This document shows, in pieces, positions 49,028 to 58,544 of a stretch of DNA of 64,000 nt. The notes below the pieces were generated by a model. The model ran no database searches. It was not told the origin of the DNA and saw only the letters and a list, made by a program, of their open reading frames with translations. Position 1 is the stretch's first letter; each line of letters begins with the position of its first letter. Source of the stretch: Spirochaetia bacterium (GTDB lineage Bacteria > Spirochaetota > Spirochaetia > SZUA-6 > Bin103); assembly GCA_965203905.1 (NCBI GenBank), contig CBDBDQ010000005.1:128001-192000 (forward strand), read 5' to 3'. The position numbers were made by a program, and so were the translations under genes.

Positions 49028-50166
49028 TGCAGATCACCGCCGTCGAGACGCTGTTGGTGGATCGCTACCTGTTCGTGCAGGTCCATACCGACGCCGGCAT
49101 CACCGGCCTCGGCGAGTCAGGCGCGTGGGGCTTCCTGGAGGCGTCGGCCGCGGCCGTAGAGACCTTCGCCCGGTACCTGGTCGGCCAGGACCCGCTCCGC
49201 ATCGAGCACCACTGGCAGTACCTGTACCGCTGGTCGCACTTCCGCGGAGCCGCCATCATGGGCGCGCTCAGCGCCGTCGACATCGCCCTGTGGGATATTG
49301 CCGGCAAGCACTTCGGGGTACCGGTGTACCAACTCCTCGGCGGCAAGTGCCGCGACCGGGCACGGGTCTACTACCACGTGAACGGGGGCACCAAGGAGGA
49401 GTTGATCCAGGGCTGCATCGACGCCCACGCGCGCGGCTTCACCGCCGTCGGCCACCTGACGCCGTTTCTGGACGAGCCGCCCGATCGCCCCTACTTCAAG
49501 ACCCACGCCGACAAGATGGCGGATGCCATCGACACGGTGCGCCGCTATCGAGAGGCGGTGGGCAACGACGTGGACCTGTGCATCGAGATCCACCGCCGCC
49601 TGACCCCGGCCGAGGCGGTGGTGCTGGGCCGTGGCATCGAGCCCTACCATCCCTTCTTCTACGAGGATCCGATTCTGCCCGACAACCTCGACGAGATGGC
49701 CCTGGTAGCGGAACGGATTCACGTACCCATCGCCACCGGTGAGCGGCTGCACAGCATCTGGGAATACCAGGCGCTGTTGCAGCGCGGTGCCGTGCAGTAC
49801 GTGCGGCCCGACGTGTGCATGGTCGGGGGCATCTCACACGCCAGGAAGATCGCGGCCCTGGCAGAGGCGTTTCACGTGCAGGTGGTGCCGCACAATCCGT
49901 TGAGCCCGGTGAGCACCGCGGCCTGCATCCAGCTCGCCGCCGCCATTCCCAACTTCGCCCTGCAGGAGCTTCCGGTCGGCGAGGAGGTCCCCCCGAAGCG
50001 CACCATCGTCGACCGGCCGCTGGCGGTGGACGCGGGATTTCTGCTCTTGCCGGATCGTCCGGGCATCGGCATCGAGCTGGCGCCGGACGCGTGCGAGCGG
50101 CATCCCTACCGGCCGCGTGCGGTGGAGACGCGCCTGCAGAGCGACGGCTCGGTGATGGATCAGTAA
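49027..50166 (+). CDS. Mandelate racemase/enolase superfamily acid-sugar dehydratase (DgoD-like)
   Basis: DIALWDIAGK, FYEDP, ATGERL, RPD, PHNP; TGATG coupling with the MFS gene. Confidence 0.88.
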   Translation: MQITAVETLLVDRYLFVQVHTDAGITGLGESGAWGFLEASAAAVETFARYLVGQDPLRIEHHWQYLYRWSHFRGAAIMGALSAVDIALWDIAGKHFGVPVYQLLGGKCRDRARVYYHVNGGTKEELIQGCIDAHARGFTAVGHLTPFLDEPPDRPYFKTHADKMADAIDTVRRYREAVGNDVDLCIEIHRRLTPAEAVVLGRGIEPYHPFFYEDPILPDNLDEMALVAERIHVPIATGERLHSIWEYQALLQRGAVQYVRPDVCMVGGISHARKIAALAEAFHVQVVPHNPLSPVSTAACIQLAAAIPNFALQELPVGEEVPPKRTIVDRPLAVDAGFLLLPDRPGIGIELAPDACERHPYRPRAVETRLQSDGSVMDQ

Positions 50167-50185
50167 CTCAGCGGGGTCAAGCAGC

Positions 50186-50746
50186 TTAGGCCGGCTTGGC
50201 CGGTTTGCCCTCGCCCGGCCGGAATGCCTTGACCACCTCCGGGTTCACCTCCAGGCGCGGACCGCCGATCAGGTCGACACAATAGGGGATGGCGGGGAAC
50301 ACCGCATCGAGACATTGGCGGATGGCACGCGGGCGGCCGGGCAGGTTGACGATCAGCGTGCTGCCGCGCACGCCCGCGGTCTGCCGCGACAGGATCGCGG
50401 TGGGTACGTACTGCAGGCTGACCTGGCGCATCAGCTCGCCGAATCCGGGCAGCATCTTCTGGCACGCGTCTGCGGTGGCCTCGGGCGTGACGTCGCGCAC
50501 CGCCGGGCCGGTGCCGCCGGTGGTGACGATCAGGCAGCAGCCCTTGTCCTCGGCCATCTCGATCATGGCCGCGGTGAGCTGATCGCGCTCATCGGGGATG
50601 ATCCGGTACTCGCTGCTCCACGGCGAGACCAGGTATTCGCCGAGAGCGGCTACCACCGCCTTGCCCGGCACATCCTCGTATACGCCGGCAGCGGCGCGGT
50701 CGGAAACGTTGATGATGCCGATCCGCGCCTCGGTCGCAACGCCCAT
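50186..50746 (-). CDS. mog: Molybdopterin adenylyltransferase
   Basis: SDRA..GVYED, TTGGTGPA.RDVTPEAT, PGFGE.MR, LSRQ, NLPG.P. Confidence 0.95.
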   Translation of the reverse strand: MGVATEARIGIINVSDRAAAGVYEDVPGKAVVAALGEYLVSPWSSEYRIIPDERDQLTAAMIEMAEDKGCCLIVTTGGTGPAVRDVTPEATADACQKMLPGFGELMRQVSLQYVPTAILSRQTAGVRGSTLIVNLPGRPRAIRQCLDAVFPAIPYCVDLIGGPRLEVNPEVVKAFRPGEGKPAKPA

Positions 50747-50985
50747 CAGGTCACGTCGCGGAGCTCCAGCCCCTCGTCGTGCAGGTACTGCATCAGCCCC
50801 TTCCTGTCCACGGTGCGCAGCGCGCGCGCGGACAGGCGCAGGGTGACGGTGCGGCCTTCCTCGGGCAGGTAGAGGCGCTTGCGCTGCAGGTTGGGCCGCT
50901 GCACGCGCCGCGTCCTGTTCTGGGCCTTGGATACATTGTTGCCGGCCATCGGCTTCTTGCCGGTGATCTTGCAGATTCGTGACAT
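50746..50985 (-). CDS. rpmB: 50S ribosomal protein L28
   Basis: MSRICKITGKKPMAGNNVSKAQNRTRRVQRPNLQ. Confidence 0.96.
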   Translation of the reverse strand: MSRICKITGKKPMAGNNVSKAQNRTRRVQRPNLQRKRLYLPEEGRTVTLRLSARALRTVDRKGLMQYLHDEGLELRDVT

Positions 50986-51219
50986 GACAGTGCTCTGTTG
51001 CGGCAATATGCTACATTCGTATGGGTCCCGCCAAGCGTTCGCTTGGGCCATGCGCGCCCCCACCACGGTGGCAGCAGCGCCAACGAGGAGCGTGTGGCGC
51101 GCTCGGCGCACGCCGCGACCCCATGCTTCGTCAGTCTGGTACACGGCACGCGGCGGCGTCGGATCTGCGCGCCATGGGGAAGGACGAGACGTCGAACCCA
51201 TATTGCTGGAGGTGCGGAG

Positions 51220-52338
51220 ATGAATTCTGGTTCCGCTGCCGCGGACATCCTGGAGGGTGAAGAAGCCGTCGACGATATCGATGAGTCCCGCGAGATAATC
51301 CCATACGTATACTCGATCACGGCGTATGGGGCCGACTACCCGGTCGACTCTCTCGTGAAGCGAATAGATTCCGGTGACATTGTAGTTCCTCGCTTCAGTT
51401 GGCAAGACGCGGCCTCCCAGATCACCGGATTCCAACGTGAATATGTGTGGCCGCGCCCGAAATCCGATCGGTTCATCGAATCTCTTCTTCTTGGACTACC
51501 AGTCCCGGGGATCTTCCTGGTCAAGGAGCCGTCCGGTCGCTTCCTGGTGCTTGATGGACACCAGCGTCTGCACACCCTGCAGTCATTCTACAGCGGTGAG
51601 ATTCATGGCAAGGTGTACCGGCTGGATGGCGTAGAGACTCGCTTCCAGAAAAAGCGCTACGAGGATCTCGACGTCGAGGACCGCCGCCGGCTGGATGACA
51701 GCATCATCCACGCGACCGTGATTCGGCAGGATGAGCCAACCGAGGATCAGAGTAGCGTCTACATGATCTTCGAGAGACTCAATACCGGCGGTGTGAATCT
51801 TCAGCCGCAAGAAATCAGGGTCGCACTCTACCACGGAGAACTGGTGCGCGTGCTCCGGCAGCTCAATGAGTTACCCGCCTGGAGGAATCTATACGGCAAA
51901 CGGTCTCGCCGCCTCAAGGACATGGAACTGATTCTGAGGTTCTTCGCCTTCTATTACCGTGCAGGCAACTATAAGAGCCCGATGAAGGAATTCCTGAACA
52001 CCTACATGGCAAGCAACAAGGACCTGGCTTGCCAGGGCAAGGATGAGCTGGTGCAGATCTTTACCGATACCGTCACGCTTCTTGATGGCGCCGTTGGCCA
52101 TAACGCCTTGCGCCCGCTCAGGGCGGTGAACGCGGCGGTCGCGGACTCGGTCATGACGGGACTGGCTCGCCGGATTAAGAGGGCACCGATACATGATGCA
52201 TCGCAGGTGGCACAGAGGTACGAAGCATTGTTGAAGGATCATGACTACCAACGGGCAATCGCTGACCGCACAGCACACGAATCCAATGTCGACACCCGCA
52301 TCAACGCAGCAACAGCAGCTTTCGCAAACGTGGAATGA
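51220..52338 (+). CDS. DUF262 (GmrS/ParB-like) domain protein
   Basis: FQREYVW, FIESLLLGLPVP, LDGHQRL, IFERLNTGG..L..QEIR; SD GGAGG; no HNH domain. Confidence 0.9.
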   Translation: MNSGSAAADILEGEEAVDDIDESREIIPYVYSITAYGADYPVDSLVKRIDSGDIVVPRFSWQDAASQITGFQREYVWPRPKSDRFIESLLLGLPVPGIFLVKEPSGRFLVLDGHQRLHTLQSFYSGEIHGKVYRLDGVETRFQKKRYEDLDVEDRRRLDDSIIHATVIRQDEPTEDQSSVYMIFERLNTGGVNLQPQEIRVALYHGELVRVLRQLNELPAWRNLYGKRSRRLKDMELILRFFAFYYRAGNYKSPMKEFLNTYMASNKDLACQGKDELVQIFTDTVTLLDGAVGHNALRPLRAVNAAVADSVMTGLARRIKRAPIHDASQVAQRYEALLKDHDYQRAIADRTAHESNVDTRINAATAAFANVE

Positions 52339-52625
52339 CCGGACGCGCGGAGGTTGCCAGACAACGCCGGCAACTCGATACGACCTTCTCGCGTGCCGGC
52401 AATCTCCACGCTGACGTCGAGCTTCTGTCTGATTTCGCCCGATACCTCTGTGTCCTGGTTTCCGGCTATGTGGAATGCACCAATCTGGCCGGTGCGCCGC
52501 AGGTGGCAGCCGATGAGCGAATCGTGCAGTTGCGCGGTCGGCAGGATCGGCACAAAGTGTCGATATTGACAGAGCACGCAAGTTCGCGCATCGTGCCACC
52601 TGAGAGTGGAGTTCAATTGGGATGA
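52335..52625 (+). pseudogene. Truncated HEPN-family (RiboL-PSP/MAE_28990-like) gene
   Basis: ATGA overlap with the DUF262 gene; ARYLCVLVSGYVE is typical of the HEPN N-terminal helix; similarity ends near 52476 and no RxxxxH follows. Confidence 0.7.
52566..52594 (+). promoter_or_regulatory. Putative sigma70 promoter of the BrnT-like module
   Basis: TTGACA-17 nt-CATCGT, ending 11 nt before the GTG at 52606. Confidence 0.5.
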
Positions 52626-52877
52626 GAAGAAGAACGCGACACTGAAGGCGAAGCGTGGGATTACGTTTGAGGAGATCGTGTCAGATATTAGCGCAGGGAA
52701 ACTGGTGACCGTGCTGCAGCACCCCAACCGGACGCGGCATCCAAACCAGGAACTCTACCTCGTCAACCACAACAACTATATCTATGTGGTTCCCGTGGAT
52801 ATGGAGTCGTTTTCGGAGACCGCGCTAATGAGGACGATTTCCCCAGTCGAAAGTACACCAGGGAGTATTTGCCATAG
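52606..52877 (+). pseudogene. BrnT-like toxin with a 1-nt frameshift near the C-terminus
   Basis: FNWDEKKN..LK..RGITFEE...HPN...YVVP; restoring one T in ACGATTT-CCCCAGT gives TIFPSRKYTREYLP-stop at 52877. Confidence 0.75.
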
Positions 52878-52888
52878 GGGGCACGGGT

Positions 52889-53176
52889 ATGAGGGTAGAC
52901 ACCGGGCGGCGATTCGAGTATCTCGATGACGAAGAGCGTGAGCTCGCCGAATCCGTCGAAAACGGAGAGTGGGAGCCGGTTGAGAATATTGAAAGGGCAA
53001 GGGAGCGGGCGGTTCGATACGCAGCAGCTACGTTGCAGCGTCTCAATGCAACGAGTGCACCAATCGCTTTTCCAGATGGAAACTTCGACTGGAAAGCATT
53101 CTCCGAGTCCTTCCAGCGACTGTTCCCTGAACACTCCCAGTTGCCCCGGGACTACTTGATTTCCAAGTCAGCATGA
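52889..53176 (+). pseudogene. Antitoxin N-terminus (BrnA/CopG-type) fused to an unrelated C-terminal fragment
   Basis: LDDEERELAESVENGEW...YAAAT is typical; the expected RHH segment (R.NIRL...G.PYQ) is absent. Confidence 0.65.
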
Positions 53177-53495
53177 TCCGTTCACGAGTTCCCCATCGGG
53201 ATTCGTGCGGACGCGGGTAATTGCAGGCTCGCTCTCCCCGGCGGCGTTCTTGGCAGCAACCGAGAACTCGTACTCAGTATCTGGCTTCAAGCCAACGACA
53301 CCGGCATGCGTTAGCGGCGTCTCAAAACCGAGTGACCACTTGTTGGAGCCAATCTCCCTGACGCGCACCACATACGTACATACCCGGTTTCCATTGAGCC
53401 TCTATAACACGTCCCTCTCTCTGAGGGAGCACGACGAAAACGGTGTTGCCGTCCCACGCAACGGACGGCCCTTTTGGTCCTTCGCTTTTCGCCAT
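53168..53495 (-). pseudogene. Stand-alone fibronectin type III domain gene, frameshifted
   Basis: ATG at 53495 reads MAKSEG...QWKPGM; after a frame shift near 53378 it reads TYVVRVRE...GLKPDTEYEFSVAAKNAAGESEP (FN3 signature). Confidence 0.75.
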
Positions 53496-53593
53496 TAGCA
53501 GTTCAAGCGCAGCACAATTGATGCCTCTATGTCAACTAAGGGATGTGACATGACTCTGCGCTGCATCGAGCATGTACGCACAGCGGTCTCCCG

Positions 53594-56278
53594 TCAGCCG
53601 GCCGCTGAACTCTCGAGACGGGCACGTACCGAGGCAAGCACGGCGTCGAGGTCGGCCACGTGCCTTGCGCCGGCGGTGGCGAGCGTGGGTCGGCCACCGC
53701 CGCCGCCACCTGCCTTGGCCGCCGCCTCCTTGGCCAGGACGGCCGCGGAGATGCCGGGTTTCGCCGCGGCCAGATCGTCGCTCACCGCGCAGGCGATCGC
53801 CAGCCGACCGCCGAGCGTCGACACCAGGAATGCCACCGTGCCAGGCGCCCCGGTGCGCAGCCGTTCGGCGAGGGTCTTGAGCGCGGCCGGCTGCTGGTCG
53901 TCGAAGGAACGCAGGATCAGCCGCACGCCGCCGATCTCCTGGGCTTCGGCGGCCAACAGCCTGGCCTGCTGAGCGCTCCGCTCCGCCTCCAGCGTCTTGA
54001 CGCGCTTCTCCAGTTGCCGGGCGTGCTGCACCAGCTCCTCGGCGCGCTGGTCCAGCTCGGCGACCGAGCCGCCGACCAGCGCGCTGACCCGCTGCAGGGT
54101 GGCGCGCTGCGTCTGCATAAGCCCGACTGCGGCGGCGCCGGTAAGCGCCTCGATACGGCGCACACCGCTGGCAATGCTGCCCTCCGAGGTGACCACGAAG
54201 GGGCCGACCTGTCCGGTACGGCCGACGTGACAGCCACCGCACAGCTCCAGGCTCACCGGCTCCGACTCGGTGCCGACGCGCACCACCCGTACCGTGTCGC
54301 CGTACTTCTCTCCGAACAACGCCGTGGCGCCGAGCCGCAGCGCCTCGTCGAAGGCGGTGGTGAAGTACGCCACCGCGTGGTCGTCCTGCACCACCTCGTT
54401 GACGATCCGCTCGATTTCGCCGAGCTGTGCGGGCTCCACCCGCTGCCAGTGGGTAAAGTCGAAGCGCAGGTGGTCGGGGGCCACCAGCGAGCCCGACTGG
54501 TGCACGTGGTCGCCCAGGATGCGGCGCAGCGCCATGTGCAGCAGGTGGGTCGCGGTGTGGTTCGAGGTGGTCGGCCCGCGGCGGGCGGCTTCGACCCGGG
54601 CCGTGACCGGCGCGCTCCAGTCCGCACTCGCGAGGCCGTTTGCGGCGGCGCCGTCCGGCAGCCGGCAGCGGCAAATGCTCAGATCGCCGTCGCGCTGCGT
54701 ATCCTCCACGGTCAAGGTCAGCGCACCCGACTCGATGGCGCCGCGGTCGCCCACCTGGCCGCCCGCCTCCGCGTAGAATGGCGTTTCGGCCAGCACCACG
54801 TGCAGGCGGCCATCCGTCACGGCCCACTTGTGCACACTCGTCGTCACCTCGAGCTGCTCGTAGCCGACGAAGCGCTGCTGCTCCAGGGGCGTCACCGCTA
54901 CCCACTCGGAGGCCTCCACCCCGGCGGCGGTGAACTTGCCGGCGCGCCGCGCCCGCTCGCGCTGGTCCGCCATGGCGGCGTCGAAACCGGCCTGATCCAC
55001 CGTCAGACCGCGCTCGGCGGCCATCACCCGGGTCAGGTCCAGCGGAAAACCGTAGGTGTCGTAGAGGCGGAACGCCTCGGCGCCGGGCACCTCGCCCTGC
55101 TTGCGCTCAGCCACCTGTTGCACGATGCCGGAGAAGATGTCCAGGCCGCGGCCGAGGGTGCGGTTGAAGCTGGTCTCCTCCGCCTTGATCACCTCGCCGA
55201 TGTAGTCGACCCGCGCCGCCACCTCGGGGAACTCGGTGGTGTGCATCTCCGCCACCGTGGCCACCAGCCGGTGGATGAACGGCTCATGCTTCTCCAGCAG
55301 CCGGCCGTAGCGCGAGGCGCGCCGCAGCAGGCGCCGCAACACGTAGCCGCGGCCCTCGTTGGAGGGCAGCGCGCCATCGGCAATGGAGAAGCTCAGCATG
55401 CGCACGTGATCGGCCAGCACGCGAAACGCCACCTGCTGCTCCCCGGCGGCGTCCGCATAGCGCTGCCCCACCAGGTCGCCGATCCGCTCCATCAGCGGGC
55501 TGAACACGTCGGTGCTGTAGTTGTCGGTACCCTGCAGCACCGCCACCAGCCGCTCGAAGCCCATGCCGGTGTCGACGTGCTTCGCCGGCAACGGCTCCAG
55601 GATCCCGGCAGCGGTGCGGTTGAACTGGATGAACACCAGGTTCCAGATCTCGATGACGCGCGGATCGTCGGCGTTCACCAGGCTGCCGCCGGAGCCGTCC
55701 TCGGTCAGATCGACGTGAATCTCGGAGTTGGGGCCGCACGGGCCGGTGTCCGCCATCTCCCAGAAGTTGTCCTTCTTGCCGAACCGAAGCACATGTGCGG
55801 GGTCGATGTCGGTAACCGAGCGCCACAACCCCTCCGCCTCTTCGTCGGCCGGCAGGCCGTCCTGCTCGTCGCCGGCGAACACCGTGGCATACATCCGTTC
55901 CTTGGGTATGCCCCAGTGGTTCGTCAGCAAGTCCCACGCCCAGGCGATCGCCTCGCTCTTGAAATAGTCGCCGAACGACCAGTTTCCGAGCATCTCGAAG
56001 TAGGTGTGGTGGTAGGTGTCGTGCCCCACCTCTTCCAGGTCATTGTGCTTGCCGCTGACGCGAATGCACTTCTGGGTATCCACCGCGCGCACGTAGCTGC
56101 GGGTGCCGGTCCCGAGGAACACGTCCTTGAACTGGTTCATGCCGGCATTGGTGAACAGCAGCGTCGGGTCGTCGGCCGGGACCACCGGGGCACTGGGGAC
56201 CAGCGTGTGCTGGCGCTCCACGAAGTAGTCGAAGAACTCCTGGCGGATCTGGCGGGCGGTCTTGTCGGTCTTGAGCAT
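53594..56278 (-). CDS. alaS: Alanine--tRNA ligase
   Basis: LLFTNAGM, FEMLGNWSFG, GPCGP, DTGMG, NHTATHLLH, ELCGG, GGGGG. Confidence 0.98.
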   Translation of the reverse strand: MLKTDKTARQIRQEFFDYFVERQHTLVPSAPVVPADDPTLLFTNAGMNQFKDVFLGTGTRSYVRAVDTQKCIRVSGKHNDLEEVGHDTYHHTYFEMLGNWSFGDYFKSEAIAWAWDLLTNHWGIPKERMYATVFAGDEQDGLPADEEAEGLWRSVTDIDPAHVLRFGKKDNFWEMADTGPCGPNSEIHVDLTEDGSGGSLVNADDPRVIEIWNLVFIQFNRTAAGILEPLPAKHVDTGMGFERLVAVLQGTDNYSTDVFSPLMERIGDLVGQRYADAAGEQQVAFRVLADHVRMLSFSIADGALPSNEGRGYVLRRLLRRASRYGRLLEKHEPFIHRLVATVAEMHTTEFPEVAARVDYIGEVIKAEETSFNRTLGRGLDIFSGIVQQVAERKQGEVPGAEAFRLYDTYGFPLDLTRVMAAERGLTVDQAGFDAAMADQRERARRAGKFTAAGVEASEWVAVTPLEQQRFVGYEQLEVTTSVHKWAVTDGRLHVVLAETPFYAEAGGQVGDRGAIESGALTLTVEDTQRDGDLSICRCRLPDGAAANGLASADWSAPVTARVEAARRGPTTSNHTATHLLHMALRRILGDHVHQSGSLVAPDHLRFDFTHWQRVEPAQLGEIERIVNEVVQDDHAVAYFTTAFDEALRLGATALFGEKYGDTVRVVRVGTESEPVSLELCGGCHVGRTGQVGPFVVTSEGSIASGVRRIEALTGAAAVGLMQTQRATLQRVSALVGGSVAELDQRAEELVQHARQLEKRVKTLEAERSAQQARLLAAEAQEIGGVRLILRSFDDQQPAALKTLAERLRTGAPGTVAFLVSTLGGRLAIACAVSDDLAAAKPGISAAVLAKEAAAKAGGGGGGRPTLATAGARHVADLDAVLASVRARLESSAAG

Positions 56279-56392
56279 CGCTTTTCGGGATGCACCCTAC
56301 CAGAAGCGGGCATTCTGTTCAGGTACCGGGTGGAGGCGGGGTGCCGGTGGGCGGCCTTTTCCAGGGCACGCGCTCCGGTGCAGGATGCGGCG

Positions 56393-56812
56393 ATGCTGCG
56401 CCTCCTGCTGGTGGTGATCGTGGCGGTGATCGCCGGCGTGTTCGCCTACCGCATCCCGGACCTGGACGTCGCGCTCCTCGGGGAAGAAGGGCGCGGCTTC
56501 TTCCTGTTCTACTCGGCGGCCGTGCCGGTGGTGCTGCTGTTCCTCAATTCGTGGCTGGAGGAGAGCGGCCTGATGAGCCGCCTGTTCGCGACCGGCGCCG
56601 CCATCGGCGTGGGCCTGGCGCTGGCGATCCGCCTCGCCACCGAGGTGTTCGCCCCCGAACCCTACCTGACGTTCCCGTTCTTCGGCGTGCTGCTGGAGGA
56701 CACCATCGCCGACGAGCGCGCCTGGCTGGTGGGCAACGCCGTGATCTCGGGGCTGGTGGCGATCGCCGCTTTCAGCAGCGCCGGCGAGAACACGCCCGTC
56801 GACGACGACTGA
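56393..56812 (+). CDS. Hypothetical membrane protein (about 4 TM segments)
   Basis: Hydrophobic helices and host-like codon usage; fills the gap between alaS and rhaI. Confidence 0.75.
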   Translation: MLRLLLVVIVAVIAGVFAYRIPDLDVALLGEEGRGFFLFYSAAVPVVLLFLNSWLEESGLMSRLFATGAAIGVGLALAIRLATEVFAPEPYLTFPFFGVLLEDTIADERAWLVGNAVISGLVAIAAFSSAGENTPVDDD

Positions 56813-56825
56813 CTGGCGGGCTGCG

Positions 56826-58058
56826 TCAGCCCGGGTATCCCCCGCCGCCGGTCTCGGCCACGCCGCGCTCCGCGGCGACGCGCTCGGCGCGGTCGTCGGA
56901 GCGGTAGGCGGCCAGCGGATCGGGCGGCAGATCCTGCTCCAGGCGGACCTGCGCCAGCAGCGGACGGACGTCGGTCTCGAAGGCGTCCACGTACACCCGG
57001 TGCGCGCCGAGCACGTCTCCTTCCGCCTGCCGTGCGCGCAGGGTCTCGTAGTCGACGACAAGCGCCTTGGCGTAGGCGGTCTGGCAGTTGAGCACGCTCA
57101 CCAGCATCGCCTCCAGCTTGGGTTCGAGGTTGTGGCTCTGGTCGATCATGTACGCCACGTCCGCCGCGGCCGCGCCCGCACTCACCAGCTCGCAGAAGAT
57201 CTCGAACAGCTCGAACGGGTTGGTGGAGCCGACGATCAGGTCGTCGTCAGCGTAACGGCGCGAGTTGAAGTGAAATCCTCCGAGCCGTCCCTCGGCGAGC
57301 AGGTAACTCACGATGTGGGCGATGTTGGTGGACAGCGCGTGGTGCCCGGTATCCACCAGCACCTCCGCCTGCGCTCCCAGCTTGAGCGCGGTGGCGTAGG
57401 CGATGCCCCAGTCGGCCAGATCGGTGTGATAGAACCCCGGCTCGAAGAACTTGTACTCCAGCAGCATGCGGCCGGCCGACGGCAGGTGGGCGTACACCTC
57501 GGCCAGCGCGCCCTCCAGGCGCGCCTTGCGGCTCGCCATGCTGTCCTGGCCGGCGTAGTTGGTGCCGTCCGCCAGCCACACGCTGAGCAGGTCGCTGCCG
57601 GTGGCGGCCATGATCCGGCAACAGTCGATCATGTGCTCCACGGCGCGCTCCCGCACCTCCGCGGAGGGGTGGCAGATGCTGCCCAGCTTGTAGATCTCGT
57701 CCTGAAACACGTTGGGGTTGATCGCCCCGATGCCTACCCCGCGCTCGGCGGCGTACTGCCCGAGCGCCGGCCAGTCGTCCACCCGGTCCCACGGGATGTG
57801 CAGCGCCACGGTCGGCGCCGCGCCGGTGAGGCGGTGAATATAGGCCGCGTCATCCAGCTTCTCATGCACGTTGCGGGCCGCGCCCGGCCAGGGAAACACC
57901 TTGAAGCGGGTGCCGCTGTTGCCATAGCCCCAGGAGGGCGTCTCGATGGCCTGCGCCTTGAGCTTCTCCTTGACGGCGGCGACGTCGACCCCGCTCCGGG
58001 TCAGGGTCGCGGCGAGGCTGTCGTAGGCGGCGTCGATTGCCGCTGCGGTGGCATCCAT
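56826..58058 (-). CDS. rhaI: L-rhamnose isomerase (RhaI type)
   Basis: [54 protein letters not shown]. Confidence 0.95.
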   Translation of the reverse strand: MDATAAAIDAAYDSLAATLTRSGVDVAAVKEKLKAQAIETPSWGYGNSGTRFKVFPWPGAARNVHEKLDDAAYIHRLTGAAPTVALHIPWDRVDDWPALGQYAAERGVGIGAINPNVFQDEIYKLGSICHPSAEVRERAVEHMIDCCRIMAATGSDLLSVWLADGTNYAGQDSMASRKARLEGALAEVYAHLPSAGRMLLEYKFFEPGFYHTDLADWGIAYATALKLGAQAEVLVDTGHHALSTNIAHIVSYLLAEGRLGGFHFNSRRYADDDLIVGSTNPFELFEIFCELVSAGAAAADVAYMIDQSHNLEPKLEAMLVSVLNCQTAYAKALVVDYETLRARQAEGDVLGAHRVYVDAFETDVRPLLAQVRLEQDLPPDPLAAYRSDDRAERVAAERGVAETGGGGYPG

Positions 58059-58153
58059 GACGCTCAGCATGCCCGACCGCAGGTTTGGCGTCTACGCCAC
58101 GGCCACCCTCCGGTCCCTTGACGCCAGCGCCCGCGCCGGGTACCCAGCTAGCC

Positions 58154-58492
58154 ATGAGCGAAACACGGCGCTTCGGCATGGTCATCGGAGTCCGGCCCGA
58201 GCGGCTGCAGGAGTACCGCGCGCTGCACGCCGATTCCCATCCCGGCGTGCGCGACCTGCTGGACACGGTCCACATGCGCAACTTCTCGATCTACCTGCAG
58301 CAGCTGCCGGACGGCAACCACTACCTGTTCGGCTACTACGAGTACGACGGGACCGACTACGAGGCCGACATGGCCAGGCTGGCCGCCGAGCCCCGCAACC
58401 GGGAGTGGCTGGCAATGTGCGACCCGATGCAGATCCCGCTGCCGGGGGAACCCACCTGGAAGCAGATGGAGCGCGTCTACTACCAAGCCTGA
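58154..58492 (+). CDS. rhaM: L-rhamnose mutarotase
   Basis: EYRALH, RNFSIYL, LFGYYEY, W..ME.VY. Confidence 0.9.
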   Translation: MSETRRFGMVIGVRPERLQEYRALHADSHPGVRDLLDTVHMRNFSIYLQQLPDGNHYLFGYYEYDGTDYEADMARLAAEPRNREWLAMCDPMQIPLPGEPTWKQMERVYYQA

Positions 58493-58544
58493 GTTGGGAG
58501 GCACCGACCCAGCCGCCTCTCACGCCTTGTGGTCCGCCGCTTTC

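Noticed and set aside
53660-56392. N-terminal ~910 codons of the 1050-aa plus-strand ORF
   Set aside because: Antisense to alaS; only the last 139 codons (from 56393) look like a real membrane protein.
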